A stretch of DNA of 64,000 bases from Haliotis cracherodii (lineage: Eukaryota), in contig NW_027266286.1 of the NCBI RefSeq assembly GCF_022045235.1, positions 14,446,001 to 14,510,000 on the forward strand, read 5' to 3'. This document shows, piece after piece, positions 1 to 12,712 of the stretch; within the stretch, counting starts at the first letter, position 1, and each line of letters starts with the position of its first letter. The notes beneath the pieces are model-generated. The model had not been told where the DNA came from, ran no database searches, and was given only the letters and a program-made list of their open reading frames with translations. A program made the position numbers and the translations under genes.

Positions 1-159
1 TTCTATCCCAGTCCCAATTAAGGGAAGGGTACAACCGATGTTGATCGTTTGGGGTGTTAATAAACCATATACAACCGTGTAAACCTAGCTTACATTTTTG
101 TTTCTCATTGGCATGCTACCATTCTGAAGCATCCCAATAACAGATGTTTAAACACACCT

Positions 160-439
160 GGGGGCACGGGTGGCCCAGTCGTCTAAGGCGCCGCGATTCG
201 CTGTGCAGAGTTGCGTCCCTTGGGCACGCCAGAAACCTATGATTGTGGGTTCGAATCCCGGTTCGTCCCGATTATGTTTCTAGGTTTGTCAGCACCATAC
301 CCGTGCTCGTGGGTTTCACTGAAGTGGTAAACGTCTGAGACCTGCATCACTTCAGGCTTTCCTCCCACATTAAGCTGACACGCCGTGATATAACTGGAAT
401 AATGTTAAAAGCGGCGTTAAACCCAACTCACTCACTCAC
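160..439 (+). mobile_element. tRNA-derived SINE (family L: tRNA-Leu-like head, (TCAC)n tail) in PKS intron
   Basis: A box TGGCCCAGTCGTCTAAGGCG, B box GGTTCGAATCCC, tail ACTCACTCACT; 12-bp TSD TTAAACACACCT at 148-159 and 440-451; further copies at 22681-22917 and 29111-29346. Confidence 0.9.
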
Positions 440-449
440 TTAAACACAC

Positions 450-610
450 CTATGAACACTCCCACTTTCTGTCCCGCTATTTGTTGTCTGGTGATGCCAG
501 CGTCCTCTAGCGCCATGTACGTGCACTCCAACACCTGGCGCTGCTGGGGGTCCATCTGGGCAGCCTCGGTTTCGTTGATCTTAAATAGCTTGTTGTCGAA
601 GTGATCGAAA
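450..610 (-). CDS. Type I polyketide synthase / FAS-like, ketosynthase domain, coding exon 2 (gene continues beyond left edge)
   Basis: [40 protein letters not shown]...KVGVFIG contains the KS 'MDPQQR' motif; acceptor TATTTTGCAG at 611-620; donor G|GTGTGT at 449; phase 2 matches the previous exon (AA+T=Asn). Confidence 0.93.
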
Positions 611-792
611 CTGCAAAATAAACACGAAGGGTAATTTCTCACAAAGCTTAATTATAGTCAACTGAATTGGATCATAAGCATAATCACACAACCGTAGTTT
701 GTAACAAGCTTCGTCCTCATGATTACAACTTATAAGAAAACAATAGTGAATATGTTATTCATGGATATACGACTATTGTTGATTTTTATTAC

Positions 793-1013
793 TTTTCTAT
801 GAGCCCTGCTTTCTTTGCGTAGCTCTTCCCGGCAGCATTGACGTCAGAGTCAAAGAAGGCGTCCATGTTCCATCTCTCAGGGGGAATATCCACCACGTGG
901 TTCTCTCCCTTTGCAAGGACATCCCAGAATTCCTCCAGGCAGGTGGCGCCAGGAAAACGACAACCCACGCCTATAATGGCTATTTCGTCACTCATGCTTC
1001 CTTTCGACTGCAT
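793..1013 (-). CDS. Type I polyketide synthase / FAS-like, KS N-terminus, first coding exon
   Basis: MSDEIAIIGVGCRFPGA...FWDVLAKGENHVVDIPPERW...KAGLIE is a canonical KS start; donor AA|GTAATA at 792; acceptor CCATTTTTCTAG ending at 1015 implies an upstream exon. Confidence 0.93.
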
Positions 1014-2741
1014 CCTAGAAAAATGGAACCTGGGGCATTAAGACGTGTCAGTGTCATTTCTCCCGGGCAGTCAAACACTTATTTTATATTTATCAACCCA
1101 TGACGAACATGCATTGCTTGAGCATAATTAATCTCAGTAAAATGTCACAATACATCGCGTGACATTAGTATGTATCGTCAAAAGTGAAGCTGTTTATTTT
1201 CACTCTTCAGCTTACTTAAGAAATAAACGACGAGTAGTCGTTGTTTACCGTACAATAAAACCCTGCAGGGAGAATAAACCATGAGGGGCGTAGCAGAGTA
1301 TGAAATGGGTTTTGTCTATCCTATCTATATGGTACGGGCAATCTGGCTCTTCTGCATCCTCTGTATATTTCAAGCAAAATGGAATTTTATATTCAAGCAT
1401 ACCTTGCAAAAGAAAGGCGTTTTCTGAAACGAAGTTTGACAAGTTTATTGCTTGTTTATTTTACTTTTTAGTCCCCATTATATAGTGTCAATAATTGATT
1501 TATTATTTAGTAAATAAAATCAGTGAAATAAAAAAATGGATTTCTTGAAATCACAAATTTTAAATGTATTTATTGTTATTTTCCTGGTACATATCTCAAC
1601 AAATAAACTATAAGTCAACACTAGTGTTGTTTCAAACGTCTGTCACGCTTTTAATTTTATGGATATATTTATTTGTGCTTGTTTGTGAATTAGTAATAAT
1701 TTATTTCAAGATATTTAGCAATTTTAATAGGCTAAACCTGACATCGTGCTAAAGGAACTCTTGTAATCTATGCAGTGAAGGGGTCATTTTATGTGAACAG
1801 AGCAGGATCATTACATTAATTGATATAAGAAATTCGATTTATTGACATCTACAATTAGCCATTAAAATAATTAGATATTACAAAAGAATTATTGACATTA
1901 CAAATTTCATAAGAATAAATCATAAAATAAATGATTTATATCACTAAATATAATTAACGGTATCCAAAATGCTTCTGATGATTAAAATATCTCAAGATTT
2001 TTTTTATATGACATCTTATTCGCGAATTATTTGCCTTAAGGCATTTGGAGCGTTTGCAAATATCACGAAATATATTCAGTACAAAAGAAATAGACAAAAA
2101 TTCAACGCAAGAGAATAACCACTTTTAAAAGGCAAAATACCGGTGAAAATAACTGAAAATCTGATTATCTGTCGCTTCAACCCGCAACCCTTATTGTAAA
2201 AACTTTTCACATTATTCTTACTTAAAGGGTATTTTAAACATTATGGATTGTAACGATACACTTATATGCTCAGCTCAAATATACAACATCGCGTGAGAGT
2301 GACTTAAATTTCCGCACAAAGTAGAAGTGATTTATATAATATGACACAGCAAAACGACTAGTAATGAGATGACTCATTTGGATCCCCGTTGATGTCCTCC
2401 TCTCACGTTATGGATCTTTAAATTCCTATGCACGATTTGTGTTCTCGGGAAATCTAAGTGTCGAATGAGGATCTTTTTCTGTCGTGTAAAACCCTAGAGG
2501 GTCATGGTAACCTGTTTTAAAAGTCAAATTATGCACAGAGCAGCGTCTGCTAATATACCGGATATCTATTCTAAAGAGGCTGTTTCAAATTTCGGAGGGT
2601 CATTAAAGTTGTTTTGACGTTATCCTAAAATTATGTTTTATTCCGTATATAGAGTTTTACGGGACGAGATAAAATACCTCCCATGAGTAGACGCAAATAC
2701 CTTACATTGCAAGTCATGCGGGACGGCTAAACATATATGTG

Positions 2742-2846
2742 CAGTAAACTACGGTTATAACGAACTCAAAGGGACTACTATTTTTTGTTCGTTATAACCG
2801 TAGTTCGTTATAAGTACATATAGAGCATGACTACAGCAAATAGTCG

Positions 2847-2851
<5 letters not shown>
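2742..2851. mobile_element. Truncated pogo/Tigger-like MITE
   Basis: Matches the left part of the complete MITE at 8357-8531 (CAGTAAACT.CGGTTATA...). Confidence 0.7.
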
Positions 2852-2904
<53 letters not shown>

Positions 2905-3000
2905 TGAGTTCGTGTGTGTACGTATGGCTGTCTGTTTCGGGAGGGCGTGTTGAACTTGTTGAGTAACACTGTCCACAACTTGCTTGATATCATTATCAGT

Positions 3001-4149
3001 TAACATTTACGACATATGATCGCGGAACCTACACGTCACACACGACGACCGTGATGGATCATGTAAACATCTAGGAAATATGATCGCGGAACCTACACGT
3101 CACGCACGACGACCGTGATGGATCCTGTAAACATTTACGAAATATGATCACGGAACCTACACGTCACACACGACGACCGTGATGGATCCCGTAAGCATTT
3201 AGGAAATATGATCGCGGAACCTACACGTCACCACGACGACCGTGATGGATCCTGTAAACATTTAGGAAATATGATCGCGGAACCTACACGTCACCACGAC
3301 GACCGTGATGGATCCTGTAAACATTTACGAAATATGATCGCGGAGCCTACACGTCACACACGACGACCGAGATGGATAATGTCAACATTTACGAAATATG
3401 ATCGCGGAACCTACACGTCACACACAACGACCGTGATGGATCCCGTAAATATTTACGAAATATGATCGCGGAACCTACACGTCACACACGACGACCGTGA
3501 TGGATCCCGTAAACATTTAGGAAATATGATCGCGGAACCTACACGTCACACACGACGACCGTGATGGATCCTGTGAAACATTTACGAAATATGATTGCGG
3601 AACCTACACGTCACACACGACGACCGTGATGGATCCTGTAAACATTTACGAAATATGATCTCGGAACCTACACGTCACCACGACGACCGTGATGGATCCT
3701 GTAAACATTTACGAAATATGATCGCGGAACCTACACGTCACACACGACGACCGTGATTGATCCTGTAAACATTTAGGAAATATGATCGCGGAACCTACAC
3801 GTCACACACGACGACCGTGATGGATCCTGTAAACATTTAGGAAATATGATCGCAGAACCTACACGTCACACACGACGACCGTGATTGATCCGTTAAACAT
3901 TTACGAAATATGATCGCAGAACCTACACGTCACACACGACGACCGTGATTGATCCTGTAAACATTTACGAAATATGATCGCGGAACCTACACGTCACACA
4001 CGACGACCGTGATTGATCCTGTAAACATTTAGGAAATATGATTGCGGAACCTACACGTCACACACGACGACCGTGATGGATCCCGTAAACATTTACGAAA
4101 TATGATCGCGGAACCTACACGTCACACACGACGACCGTGATGGATCCTG
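3001..4149. repeat. 64-bp minisatellite, ~18 copies
   Basis: Unit AAACATTTACGAAATATGATCGCGGAACCTACACGTCACACACGACGACCGTGATGGATCCTGT repeated head-to-tail, with 63-65 bp variants and no spacers. Confidence 0.97.
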
Positions 4150-4469
4150 ACTTAATTTGTAATGATTGCAACTGTACACTTACAGGTTTTAACAATTTTG
4201 CACCTAAAATTCCTTATCACAGAGTGTTCGCTGGAATGAATATTTTTGAAAACACGAACAATTCATAAGAAAATATATGAAAAAGGTTTTATTGAAAAAT
4301 AAATGTGTTACCAGATATGCAATTGACTAATGAAATAAAGCTTATTACTGGAAACTATTATTGAGATGCATTATAACAGATGGAGACATGACAACATATA
4401 TTCACCCGCGTTATATCGATGCTAGTTCAAAGAAACTTTAAGCTTATACTGATACTGACAAAGCTGAAG

Positions 4470-4950
4470 TTATTTAAGAATTGAACGTCAGTTTGGATGG
4501 GTTCATTGAAGTGTGAACGATTTAAAAGCGCTGGTTACACTGTGTGAAGTAGTTCCGGCAAACGTTCACTATTTCACAAAAAAATTGTTTACATCGTGTG
4601 AACTTTTTCTGTCCGTTCACAGGTGCGTGAACTCCAAAAATCAGATCACGTGACTACCCCTTCAGCCAATCAGCATTAAAGAAACAGTGTAAACTTCAAA
4701 GAATGAAATTATTTAAGAATTGAACGTCAGTTTGAATGGGTTCATTGAAGTGTGAACGATTTAAAAGCGCTGGTTACACTGTGTGAAGTAGTTCCGGCAA
4801 ACGTTCACACGATCAATTTCACAAAAAATTGTTTACATCGTGTGAACTTTTTCTGTCCGTTCACAGGTGCGTGAACTCCAAATATCAGATCACGTACCTA
4901 CCCCTTCAGCCAATCAGCATGAAAGAAACAGTGTAAACTTCAAAGTATGA
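4470..4950. repeat. Tandem dimer of a ~240-bp unit, absent from the paralogous copy
   Basis: TATTTAAGAATTGAACGTCAG...GTAAACTTCAAAG occurs twice; empty site near 14221-14230. Confidence 0.85.
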
Positions 4951-5039
4951 AATTATTAATGATTATTTTGTTCTATTTGTTCTGTTGCATCCTTTACCTC
5001 CCTCTGAACAGCGTTGTGAATCTTTCCTTGCTGATATCA

Positions 5040-6350
5040 CCGTACAAGACCAAGATATTACCATCTAGTAGTAGTCCTGATAACATTAACCAAACATTGT
5101 TAAAGCCAACAGCAGATGACAACAGCATTATGTATGATCTTCAAGAAATATCTACACTGTTCAACATTTCCATTTGACTGGAAATTAGCTCATGTTATGT
5201 CGTTGTATAAGAAAGAAGACAAATCGAGTTACAGACCAATAATCTTATTATCCATAATTTGTTCTGTGAATTATTTACCCAACATTTTCATATATTGTCA
5301 AATCTGGATTTGTTTCAGGCCACGCTACTGTCTCACAAGTACTTGAAATACATTAATACATTGTTTTATCTGTTGACAAGCACAAATTGTGTCGTATGAA
5401 AGTCTGTGATAGGGTTTGGCATACAGGCTTACTATAGAAAATTGAAAAATAGGGTTACAACGTTACATTTCTGGACGGAAACAAAAAAGTGTTTGTAAAA
5501 ATTGTAACCTATCCTAATTGAGTGAGTGAGTGAGTTAATATTTAACGTCACATCGGCAATATTGCAGCCATATCGTGACGAGATAAAATTTGACTGTAAT
5601 AATATATATGTAAACTGTATAAAATCCTGTCGACGAAGGACAGTAAAACAACTAGATTATCACAGATATATGTTTAAAACTAGTACATAACCATAAAATA
5701 TGACAATTCATAACATTATAATAGATAACATTGGGCTATATATCACAAGCAACTAAAGTGAGGTCACCATACTGAAGACCATGGGGACTTACAGTACCTT
5801 TGCTACCTGCATGGACCCCAGCAGGATTTACACCATCCCTTTAGTCACTGGCGACCATTGACAGGGTTTAGCCGGAGATTTAAAACCAACAAATATACTA
5901 CGATTAAAACACTGGCAGATATAAAATTACTTTTATTTATGTGGGCTTACATTACCTCTCAGGGGGACAATAATTTTACGCTACTTCAACCCCCTTCGAG
6001 GATATAGCCACTAACAATCTCCGTTAATTATCTTATACTACCAATTTATAAAATATATATCTTTGACATCTATCCTAATTGAAATACAAAGTCATTGAAA
6101 TCAGCTTGGGTACCTTAAGGTTCAGTTATTAGGTTCATTTTTATTCCATGTATACACATATGATTTGGCTTAACAATTCAACTCGTTTATTTGTTGATGA
6201 GACGTCTGTTGGTGCATGGTCAGTTTGAATATATCTAAACATAATTGCAATGATTTTTTTTCTGAATCATCTATTATAGTCACATGTACCAACACTTTGT
6301 AAGGATTACCCATGGCGATACTGAGTATAACCAGAGACCTATAATATGGT
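5040..6350 (+). pseudogene. Degraded CR1/L2-group LINE reverse transcriptase remnant
   Basis: SSPDNI, FPFDWKLAHVMSLYKK..SYRPI.LLS, SGF, decayed GVPQGSV and LF.DETS motifs, with frameshifts. Confidence 0.8.
5522..6069 (-). mobile_element. 5'-truncated non-LTR retroelement 3' end with (TCAC)n tail
   Basis: 13-bp TSD CTATCCTAATTGA at 5509-5521 and 6070-6082; tail GATATGGCTGCAATATTGCCGATGTGACGTTAAATATTAACTCACTCAC; absent from the paralog near 14851. Confidence 0.85.
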
Positions 6351-8073
6351 CTCTGATATAACATACATATAATCCCATCAGTAAGAAAGCCGCCACTCAT
6401 TCACAGTACACGTGGGACAGAGGCAAGTTGAAGTGTTTTAACTGTGAAACAGGAACTATGTTGACGCTCAACCTCATTAATGTAATTGCCAATGTCAATG
6501 AGTCGCCATTGTCATGCTTGTGTCACTGTTCATGGTGGTCGTACCCGATACTGACTTGTGAACTGACAGCTGACCCCACACGACTTTCAGCCTGACATAG
6601 CGTTTACAGAGGATATATGTTGACACTGTAGTGATAAATTCATATTTCATGGTCATCAATATATTGGTCTGTAGCAAAATCGTTATTTGTTTTCATTTAT
6701 TTCTTATGATACTCAGTGATGCACAAGAACTGTTTTCCACAAGTATATAGCACAGGACACTATTCCAAAACGAACATCACATACACCACACTATATTCTA
6801 TTCAAAACGAAAATCATATATATGATATATCATATATCATACCTCAATCTATGCACGTTTCTTATTCTTTGTGTAAAGCATAATAGCTACATTACAAAAT
6901 ACATAACATGTAACACAACACAAACTTAATAGTTATTTCATTGAAGTATGCTAACATTTAACAAAGAAACACCAGCTTTTCTTCAGTAAAAATGGATCTC
7001 TTTACCTTGATAATTTTTCTCTTGATGAAATTGATAATGAATTGTTCAGTTACTGATCTACCCTTCTGAGCTGGGTAAAATGTATAAAATGTTTGCACTC
7101 AAATGTTTTACATATTCAATGAAAAGGAGAGGAGAGATCATGTCAAGATGTTAATGTATTGTTTAAACTGGTGACCTGGCGGAAACATGTCCATAGTGGT
7201 ATTTTTCCTTACCAGGCCCGCAGCACTATAGTGAGTGTGTTGGGTCTAATGCTGCAGTTTTCCAGTTATATTATGGCGTCCTAGCGCTATAAGATTAATG
7301 AGATTACACAAGGATTCATAAAAAAGGTATCAGTATATATAAAAAAAGACCAAAGTGAACCGAATATTTCCCCTGGTCAAAAGTCATCTTGATATGATAT
7401 GAGCATATAAAAAAAACTATTTAAATACATACGCCTGATATTTTAATTTGAACACAACTTTCTGAGGCTTATGAATACTAGTATTTGAAAACTTACAAAT
7501 TGATACATGTTTTACTGCCCAATGAAAACCCTTGTAAATTTTGAATTTTTAGACTCCACAATGGATGACAATCGAAAGAAAGACTTTCGAGACGCAGTAA
7601 TATCAAGTATTTAATGGGGTATGTACTTTGGATTGATGCTTAGAAATTTCTGAAACTCTGGTCATAGTGTTCATGACAATGGAGCTTATACATATGATAA
7701 TATACGATGTGCGAAGGTCATATGTTTCAAACGGGTAGCTTCATATGAAACAAAGTCTGAAAGTTAGTTCAGTTTTGGCGCCCTGCTGTTTCAAAGCTTT
7801 TCATGGTTTTTGCACTTTTTTTACAAAGGCTTGCCAATAATTCTTTCATATTGTAATTTCTCGAAAAAGGCGGAGATGGGCGCAAGACCGTGGATATTAC
7901 TTTCCCTTTATTATGAGAAATCTCGGGACATGTTTTCAGTTCCAAATTCCATTTAGCGCTCTCATTTCTCAAATAGCTTTACGTTGCAAACACAGTATAT
8001 GAAACCTCGTCATCTCAAAGTCAAAATATCCGGAGCTCGAGGCAAGCAAAACTAGGACCATAGTACCGATAAG

Positions 8074-8238
8074 TGAGTGATTGAGTATGGTTTTACGCCG
8101 CTTTTAGCAATATTCCAGCAATATGAAGGCGGGGGACACCAGAAGTGGGCTTCACACATTGTACCCATGTCGAGAATCGAACCCGGATGTTCGGCGTGAC
8201 GAGTGAATGTTTTAACCACTAGGCTACCCGACCGCCCC
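8074..8238 (-). mobile_element. tRNA-derived SINE (family A)
   Basis: GGGGCGGTCGGGTAGCCTAGTGGTTAAA...GGTTCGATTC...ACCATACTCA tail; 12-bp TSD AGTACCGATAAG at 8062-8073 and 8239-8250; empty site near 16277. Confidence 0.92.
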
Positions 8239-8356
8239 AGTACCGATAAGGATTGTGCAGAATGTATGTTGTCTAATTAAAGTTAGTTTAATATCAAGGC
8301 ATACTTGGCAAATATTGTGTTCGTTGTGTATGGCTTCATGTCTCTCCATACAAGTA

Positions 8357-8531
8357 CAGTAAACTGCGGTTATATCGAGCTCAAAAGGACTACTACCTTT
8401 AGTTCGTTATAACCGTAGTTCGTTATAAGTACATATACAGCATGACTACAGCAAGTAGTGGGGACCAAAACGTCAGTTCGTTATATCCGTCAGTTCGTTA
8501 TAAGCGTGTTCGTTATAACCATAGTTTACTG
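8357..8531. mobile_element. pogo/Tigger-like MITE
   Basis: TIRs CAGTAAACTGCGGTTATA / TATAACCATAGTTTACTG flanked by TA; internal GTTCGTTATA repeats; followed by a ~123-bp local tandem duplication (to ~8724). Confidence 0.85.
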
Positions 8532-8851
8532 TAACATCAAAATGTACGTTAGGCAGCAAGAAGTGTCAAGACTCGAAAATTGAGCAGAGGAAACAGGACA
8601 TTCGTTATATCCGTCAGTTCGTTATAAGCGTGTTCGTTATAACCATAGTTTACTGTAACATCAAAATGTACGTTAGGCAGCAAGAAGTGTCAAGACTCGA
8701 AAAATGAGCAGAGGAAACAGGACATTAGCAATTCGTAATACTTGAACACAGTATGTAGACATAAGGATACAGAGGTAAATAGGAACATTCGAATTCAAAC
8801 AAAGATGATGGTTTTAATGCATCAATCGTTTTGTGTAATATTTAAAGAATA

Positions 8852-8995
8852 ACTCACCTAATCCATGTTCATGTTGGCCAGTCTCAGCATTATTTTCATT
8901 TGGGCAAACTTCATGGATGCACATGAGGAATATGTATACAGCTTTCTATCAGTCTATATATATAAAGATATGTGTGTACAATTTGTCACGTGACA
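8852..8995 (-). promoter_or_regulatory. Candidate PKS core promoter and non-coding first exon (copy 1)
   Basis: Palindromic E-box TGTCACGTGACA 8984-8995, TATA run ~8955-8966, 18-aa uORF 8914-8858, consensus donor AG|GTGAGT at 8857; the same layout is retained in the paralog. Confidence 0.45.
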
Positions 8996-9344
8996 CGTTG
9001 TACACGCAATGGTCAAACGTCATGTGTCTCGTGTTCAGGATACACTCCCAAATTGATAACATTCCAAACCTATGAGTGGCCGAGAAGAAAACTGACTTGT
9101 TGAAGGTAAGAAAAACTTGAAACTGACATCCTTTTACGGTTAATGGTAAACAAAAATTTGAAAATAACATTATTTTGCTATCTTTATCTGAAAGAATACA
9201 CCCTTTGAAGTCTCCGTAAAAAGATCATGTTCCATTGTACCTAAAAATGTAAACGCAACAGGCTGGAACTGTTGGGATATAAAGGGAACGTTTTCTTTTG
9301 AGAAGATGAAGCCATCAGTCTTCCTATACAACCGCGTGGATAAC

Positions 9345-9525
9345 CCACTAACCCCTTAACCCACTAACCAACTTGCATACCATACCACAGTGTACCGACT
9401 CCGACCCGACCAGTCCTTAACGCCGAGCGCCATCTTTTAACGTCTTTCGGTATGACGCGGCCGGGGATCGATCCCGGACCCTCCCCTGCGGGCGGACGCT
9501 CTATCACTAGACCACGGAGGCGGTC
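9345..9525 (-). mobile_element. tRNA-derived SINE with V-domain-like core
   Basis: Minus strand GACCGCCTCCGTGGTCTAGTGATAGAGCG...GGGATCGATCCCCGG followed by TCATACCGAAAGACGTTAAAAGATGG; absent from the paralog near 16935. Confidence 0.7.
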
Positions 9526-10270
9526 TCTTTATGTAGAGACCCAAACCAGAATCAGTTGAGGTGGTCTCACTGGTCTCTTTTATTTGTAGCTTAGGTGTGT
9601 AAATCAGTGGAAGTGAATGGGATATTTGACCGTTATTGATGTTGACATTGATCGATACCTTAAGCTTCAATTAAAGTTGAAAAGTCAGTCAGTCAGTTAC
9701 TTACTCTGGTGTTACTGAGGGAAGCTTATTGAAGCTTATTGGCCAGGGTGTTATATCCTATTTTTCGAGTAATCCTGTTATAACTTTAATTATTTAATGG
9801 CAACCTGATCTCTGGATCACAGCTCCTTGATAATACATAACAGTTAAGATGAACATTCAGTTCCCCATGCAAGTAAATTAATGAGTGTGTTTTGAAGCCA
9901 CAGTCAGTCAAAGGCCAATGTTGTACGGTTTGGTGACACACTTCTACCAGGTCGAACATTGTGGATCCTCATTTGATTCGCTCTGTGGATATTCCTGGTG
10001 AAGAAAAGGCCCCCCATGTACCTGACAATCTTGTCAGTATAACCACACGCGGCACTGGCTACATAAAGAGAATCATAGTTCATATGCTAACTCATCTCCA
10101 AATACCGTCTCGCTGAAGATGACTTTTCTTTATTCACACTTTAGATATTCGTTTTGGAGATCTGTAACTGAAGTTTATCGTAATTTTCCGAAACTCTCAC
10201 CTGCTGACCAGTTGAACTTCTTAATGAGTTCTGATGTCATTGTAAAATTTCTGGCTGCCTCTCTTTCTAT

Positions 10271-10442
10271 GAGGGGCGGTCGGGTAGCCTAGCGGTTAAA
10301 AGCGTTCGCTCGCCACGCCGAAGACCCGGGTTCGATTCCCGACATGGGTACAATGTGTGAAGCCCATTTCTGGTGTCCCCCGCCGTGATATTGCTGGAAT
10401 ATTGCTAAAAGCGGCGTAAAACCATACTCACTCACTCACTCA
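10271..10442 (+). mobile_element. tRNA-derived SINE (family A), full length
   Basis: A/B boxes, (TCAC)n tail, TSD CTCTCTTTCT. Confidence 0.92.
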
Positions 10443-12627
10443 CTCTCTTTCTTTAATGTTTAGACGGAGGAAATCTATTGTTATAATAACATATTTTATT
10501 TGCTGTTAAATTATTACAAAATGTTTGGCCACAGCAAGGCAACTCATTCACAACATATTGTGCTAGGCACAGTATACAACTAGACTGTGGGAGGAGACCC
10601 TCGCTGATCAGCAACCATATGGATGACCTGTCTGGCAGTTATAGCTGATGGTACAGACAGTGTGTGTGTGTATGGGGAGAAGAAGCATAATTGTACATCA
10701 TAAGTGTACCCAGTTCGGGAAGATATGTAGAATGGCTGGCCAGTATGACCCTTGAGACACTGAAGTCAAAGTTTCGATCGAGCATAATTGTGTTTATGGT
10801 CTGGTGAACACAGGACAATGGCCACTCATTAACTCAAGAATCACATCTCACTGTTTTGATTTATCTCACTATTCATTTGATATACGGGTCATGCGTGTTC
10901 AACTGGTGCTCAACCCGTGTGCAATCCGTTGAGCACTTGTGTCACATGCGTGTTCTACGCGTTCTCAACGCGTGTTAGGGGAATGAACTTTTAGGCAGTA
11001 AAGTACAATATATACCCGTGATTTTGCAGGTGAACAATTGGCTTGCCTTTTCTTGTGTTTGAGACGGGTGGCACCGACGTGCAGTATACACGCATCTCTT
11101 CGCGAACACCCGGTTCAATGGTGTCCTAATACAATGGTGTTATGCAAGGGCGTCACTTATGTTCCAAAGATATTTTATTGACAGTGTTCATACACGTGAA
11201 TAACATAATATACAATCCCATGTATTTATTTTTGAATTTTGATAATTTCAATTGACACTATTACTGAATAAATACTATACAGATTCATTAAGTTTGCGAT
11301 TTGATTGTTCAGTTCATAACTCAATGAACTTTAAAAATACAAAAAGTTATTTAATAAAGAGATATTGTTATTTGGTATTGTAATTTATTGTTCAACAATG
11401 TTGTAAATGTATAACATTGTTTCCATTAAGATTCAGTATGAGAGCATAACATTGTGTTCTGACAAATATTAATTGTCCCTAATGTCATCCGAAATCCGAT
11501 TTTATAACTTTGTGAGAGGGAAAAGACTGTGGCAAATGCATGTCCCAACTGGATTAAAGCGGTTTATGTATGCAAATCACTTTAGAAAGCATGGTGACAG
11601 TCTGTAAAATCCATTCTCCTTTGATCTAATCATTTTAATAAGTGCTCTGTTTGAAACCGGGGCAAGTTGTCTGTGCAATTAATAGTGGCTTAATTTACAA
11701 CATACATTTTTTGAAAAAAAAAGTTGTGTTTGAGGCATTCAACTCGTGGTGGCGACCCCGATACCAGTATGGGTTTATACATGATTCATTGACACGAAAT
11801 ATGGCGTTCCAAGCAACAGGTAAAAGAAACGAGAACAGAATACCCAGTCATCAATTAAATTACCGTAGGTTACCAAGTATATAGCAGAGACATTTACATG
11901 CATGTTGAGGTTGTTTATCCATCAACGCAAAATGTTTATATTCGTATATGTTCAGAGGGTTTGGTTAAGGTGAAGTAGTTCGGAGTGAGCTAAGGCAGGC
12001 ATCGAATTGGCGGAAACGTCGCTTGGGGAGAAGTGCCGAAGGATGGCCGTCAGATCTCAAAATGCTTACTTCTGTGTTGGACGTTATTCTCTCCAAAGTA
12101 GCTGCATCCCCTCTTACATTTCAAGACTAAGTTCATGAAGTCGGTGTTCTCAGGTGCTTGCATGGCTCTCAGCAATCGTCTCCGACCACACATATTCTTG
12201 GAAGCAGCAGCGTGCCTCAAACCCTTCTTCCCTAAAATCCCCCGATCAAAGTACATTCTCAGTTTCGCATTTGCCATTTGGGTGGTACAGTTATGGAAGA
12301 TAAGAGTTATAGATAATACATGTTTTACTCAGTGTCACATCGATATTAATACAATTCAGCATATCAAAGTTACTTTTGATATCCAAAACCAATTTATCCA
12401 TTAACACAGCTAAGAGCTCTTGAGTAGTTCGATTTAAGGGTCACCGTACACGTGTGTTTGTAGCACAGGGGGTAAATGTTTCTAAGTATAGTTGGTACGT
12501 ATTGTTCGGTGTTCAGGGAAGGTTTTAATTTATTCAACCAAAATGCAAACTCTAAATAAATTACAGTACAAACTGGTTATAATGCCACCGTTTGTACATT
12601 GGAAAATATGGCATTGATTTCAGGCAG

Positions 12628-12712
12628 TTGACCTGACTGACATAAAAGATTGACCTGACTGACATAAAAGATTGACCTGACTGACATAAAAGATTGACCT
12701 GACTGACATAAA
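12628..12712. repeat. 22-bp tandem repeat x4
   Basis: TTGACCTGACTGACATAAAAGA repeated. Confidence 0.9.

Larger units (their letters stand above)
2860..9685. repeat. Segmental duplication A, copy 1
   Basis: Colinear similarity with 13420-17115 (e.g. 2950-3030~13520-13600, 5010-5230~14290-14510, 6475-6650~15135-15310, 8850-9300~16495-16900); copy 1 carries extra insertions. Confidence 0.9.

Noticed and set aside
160-270. Functional tRNA genes (also at 10271, 40994, 53700)
   Set aside because: The heads continue into SINE bodies with simple-repeat tails and TSDs; no intact cloverleaf
3001-4149. CRISPR-like array or repeat-protein ORF (3208-3465)
   Set aside because: Units are contiguous with no unique spacers, there are no cas genes and the context is eukaryotic; the 64-bp period breaks the reading frame; no hammerhead core (CUGANGA...GAAA) was found
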